This document shows, in pieces, positions 49,304 through 50,854 of a stretch of DNA of 50,854 bases (positions within the stretch are counted from its first letter, which is position 1; every line of letters starts with the position of its first letter). Below the pieces are notes generated by a model, which made no database searches, was not told the DNA's origin, and saw nothing but the letters and a program-made list of their open reading frames with translations. Where the stretch lies: NCBI GenBank assembly GCA_031292335.1, contig JARLHH010000075.1, forward strand, positions 1-50,854, in the 5' to 3' direction. This stretch comes from Candidatus Limnocylindrales bacterium (GTDB lineage: Bacteria > Chloroflexota > Limnocylindria > Limnocylindrales > CSP1-4). A program made the translations under genes and the position numbers.

Positions 49304-50605
49304 ATGACCATCCCGACCGTCCGCTACACCGACGAGCGCCTGCCCAACGGGCTGCGCCTCCTGGTCAGCGAGGATCACCTGGTCCCCGTCGTGGCCGTCA
49401 ACCTCTGGTACGACGTCGGCAGCAAGCACGAGCAACCCGGCAAGACGGGGTTCGCCCACCTCTTCGAGCACGTCATGTTCCAGGGCAGTCGCCACGTGGC
49501 CAAGACGGAGCACTTCGCGCTGGTCCAGGCGGCGGGCGGCAGCCTGAACGGGTCCACCTGGCTGGACCGGACCAACTATTACGAGACCGTCCCCTCGCAC
49601 CAGCTTGAGCTGGCGCTGTGGCTGGAAGCGGACCGGATGGGAACCCTGCTCGACGCCCTCAGCCAGGAGAACCTGGACAATCAGCGGGCCGTGGTAAAGA
49701 ACGAGAAGCGGTCGAGCTACGACAACCAGCCCTACGGGACGTGGCAGGAGAAGCTGTTCGGCCACCTGTACCCGGTCGGGCACCCGTACCATCACCCCAC
49801 CATCGGGTCGATGGAGGACCTGGACGCGGCGTCGCTGGAGGACGTCAGTTCGTTCTTCCGGACCTACTACGCGCCGAACAACGCCGTGCTCTCGATCGTC
49901 GGCGACGTGGACCCGGAGCAGGCGCGCGCCTGGGTGGCGAGGTACTTCGGACCGCTGGCCGCGAACCCGGCGATCCCCGCCTTCGAGCCGCATCCGCTCC
50001 CGCTGACGCTCGGCGGGGAGGTTCGCGAGACGGTCCCGGACCGCGTCCCGCTGCCCCGGATCTACGTCGGCTACCGCGCCCCAACGCTGGGGGACGGTCG
50101 CCTGTACGCGCTCGAGATCGCGGCCCAGGTGCTGGCGGGCGGCAAGGGCAGCCGGCTGCATCGCCGCCTGGTCCGCGACGCGCAGGTCGCCCAGGACGTG
50201 GCCGTGTTCGGCCTCGGGTTCTCCTCCGGCCCGTCGGTCATGATGGGCTGGGCCACCGTTCGCCCGGACGCCACGATCGAGACGGTCGAGGCGGGCTTCT
50301 TCGACGAGATCGAGCGGATCTGCCGCGAGCCGATCAGTCCCGACGAGCTCGCTCGCGCGAAGGCGCTCATCGAGACGGACGAGCTGGGTGCGCTCCAGCG
50401 AGTCGGCGAGCGGGCCGACCGGCTCAGCATGTACGCCACGCTGCTCGACGACCCCGACGAGATCAACCGCCAGCTGGAGCGCTACCTGGCCGTGGAGTCG
50501 GAGGCCGTCCGGGCCGCCTGTGCGGAGGTGTTCGTCCCGGACAACCGCGTCGTCCTGACCTACGTCCCGGCCACGGCCGCGGCAGACACCACGGAGGCCG
50601 CATGA
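49304..50605 (+). CDS. M16 family zinc peptidase (insulinase-like, active subunit)
   Basis: 433 aa from ATG 49304. Inverted zinc motif HLFEH followed by downstream ENEKR. GAGGA precedes the ATG. Confidence 0.9.
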   Translation: MTIPTVRYTDERLPNGLRLLVSEDHLVPVVAVNLWYDVGSKHEQPGKTGFAHLFEHVMFQGSRHVAKTEHFALVQAAGGSLNGSTWLDRTNYYETVPSHQLELALWLEADRMGTLLDALSQENLDNQRAVVKNEKRSSYDNQPYGTWQEKLFGHLYPVGHPYHHPTIGSMEDLDAASLEDVSSFFRTYYAPNNAVLSIVGDVDPEQARAWVARYFGPLAANPAIPAFEPHPLPLTLGGEVRETVPDRVPLPRIYVGYRAPTLGDGRLYALEIAAQVLAGGKGSRLHRRLVRDAQVAQDVAVFGLGFSSGPSVMMGWATVRPDATIETVEAGFFDEIERICREPISPDELARAKALIETDELGALQRVGERADRLSMYATLLDDPDEINRQLERYLAVESEAVRAACAEVFVPDNRVVLTYVPATAAADTTEAA

Positions 50606-50854
50606 ACGCCCTGGATGCCGTGGAGGCAGCCCTCGCCGCACGCCCGGTGCCCGGCACGCCCCGCCCGTTCAGGTTCCCGCTGGCGTCCCGGGACCGCCTC
50701 TCGGGCGGTCTCTCCCTGGTGACGGTCAACCTGCCGGGGCGGCCGCTCATCTCGGCCAGCCTCTTCCTGCCCAACGGCGCGGTCGACGAGCCGGCCGGCG
50801 AGGGCGGGGCGACGGTGCTCGCGGCTCGCGCGCTCACGGAAGGCACGACACGCC
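50602..50854 (+). CDS. M16 family peptidase, second subunit (5' part only, runs off the window)
   Basis: ATG overlaps the stop of the first M16 gene (ATGA). Paired M16 genes are a common arrangement. Only 84 codons are visible. Confidence 0.65.
   Translation, partial: MNALDAVEAALAARPVPGTPRPFRFPLASRDRLSGGLSLVTVNLPGRPLISASLFLPNGAVDEPAGEGGATVLAARALTEGTTR

Noticed and set aside
1-50854. CRISPR arrays, rRNA genes, insertion sequences, long tandem repeats
   Set aside because: I scanned the intergenic regions by eye. I found no spaced direct repeats of 25-40 nt, no rRNA-like conserved blocks and no transposase-like ORFs. The only tandem repeats are short in-frame ones inside two CDSs.

Overview
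This is a very GC-rich, gene-dense chromosomal window. I judged GC content by eye and did not compute it. The style is actinobacterium-like, but taxonomy cannot be fixed from the sequence alone. I support about 57 protein-coding genes and 3 tRNA genes (Glu-CTC, Arg-TCT, Lys-CTT, all with encoded CCA). Most of the content is core metabolism and transport. It includes an lpdA/E1alpha/E1beta/E2 2-oxoacid dehydrogenase row followed by lipA, a polar amino-acid ABC transporter, adenosine deaminase, and a DUF1611 plus enolase-superfamily epimerase pair. It also includes a TupABC-like tungstate transporter, a class III aminotransferase, a split methylmalonyl-CoA-mutase-type enzyme (large subunit about 6 kb from the B12 subunit and MeaB), thioredoxin, FolE, several alpha/beta hydrolases and paired M16 peptidases. 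I found no CRISPR array, transposase, integrase, prophage or recognisable multi-gene defence system, and I cannot claim a clear novel system. The observations most worth a second look are these. (1) A stand-alone CarH-type B12 photoreceptor module with no DNA-binding domain. (2) An orphan DNA-methyltransferase-like gene with motif I ahead of SPPY, translationally coupled to a 75-aa ORF and lying beside tRNA-Arg. (3) A mosaic palindromic intergenic repeat with three copies, two of them next to ArsR-type regulators. (4) An ArsR/long-N-terminal regulator followed by a small His/Cys-containing peptide gene that shares a TCTAACA motif with the regulator's promoter. (5) A translationally coupled VOC-like/GNAT/DUF4032 row whose last gene has no canonical start codon. 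(6) A strikingly regular TANNNT-N6-9-start architecture implying leaderless mRNAs for about 18 genes, including two back-to-back divergent leaderless promoter pairs. The many long ORFs antisense to or out of frame with these genes are treated as high-GC artefacts.
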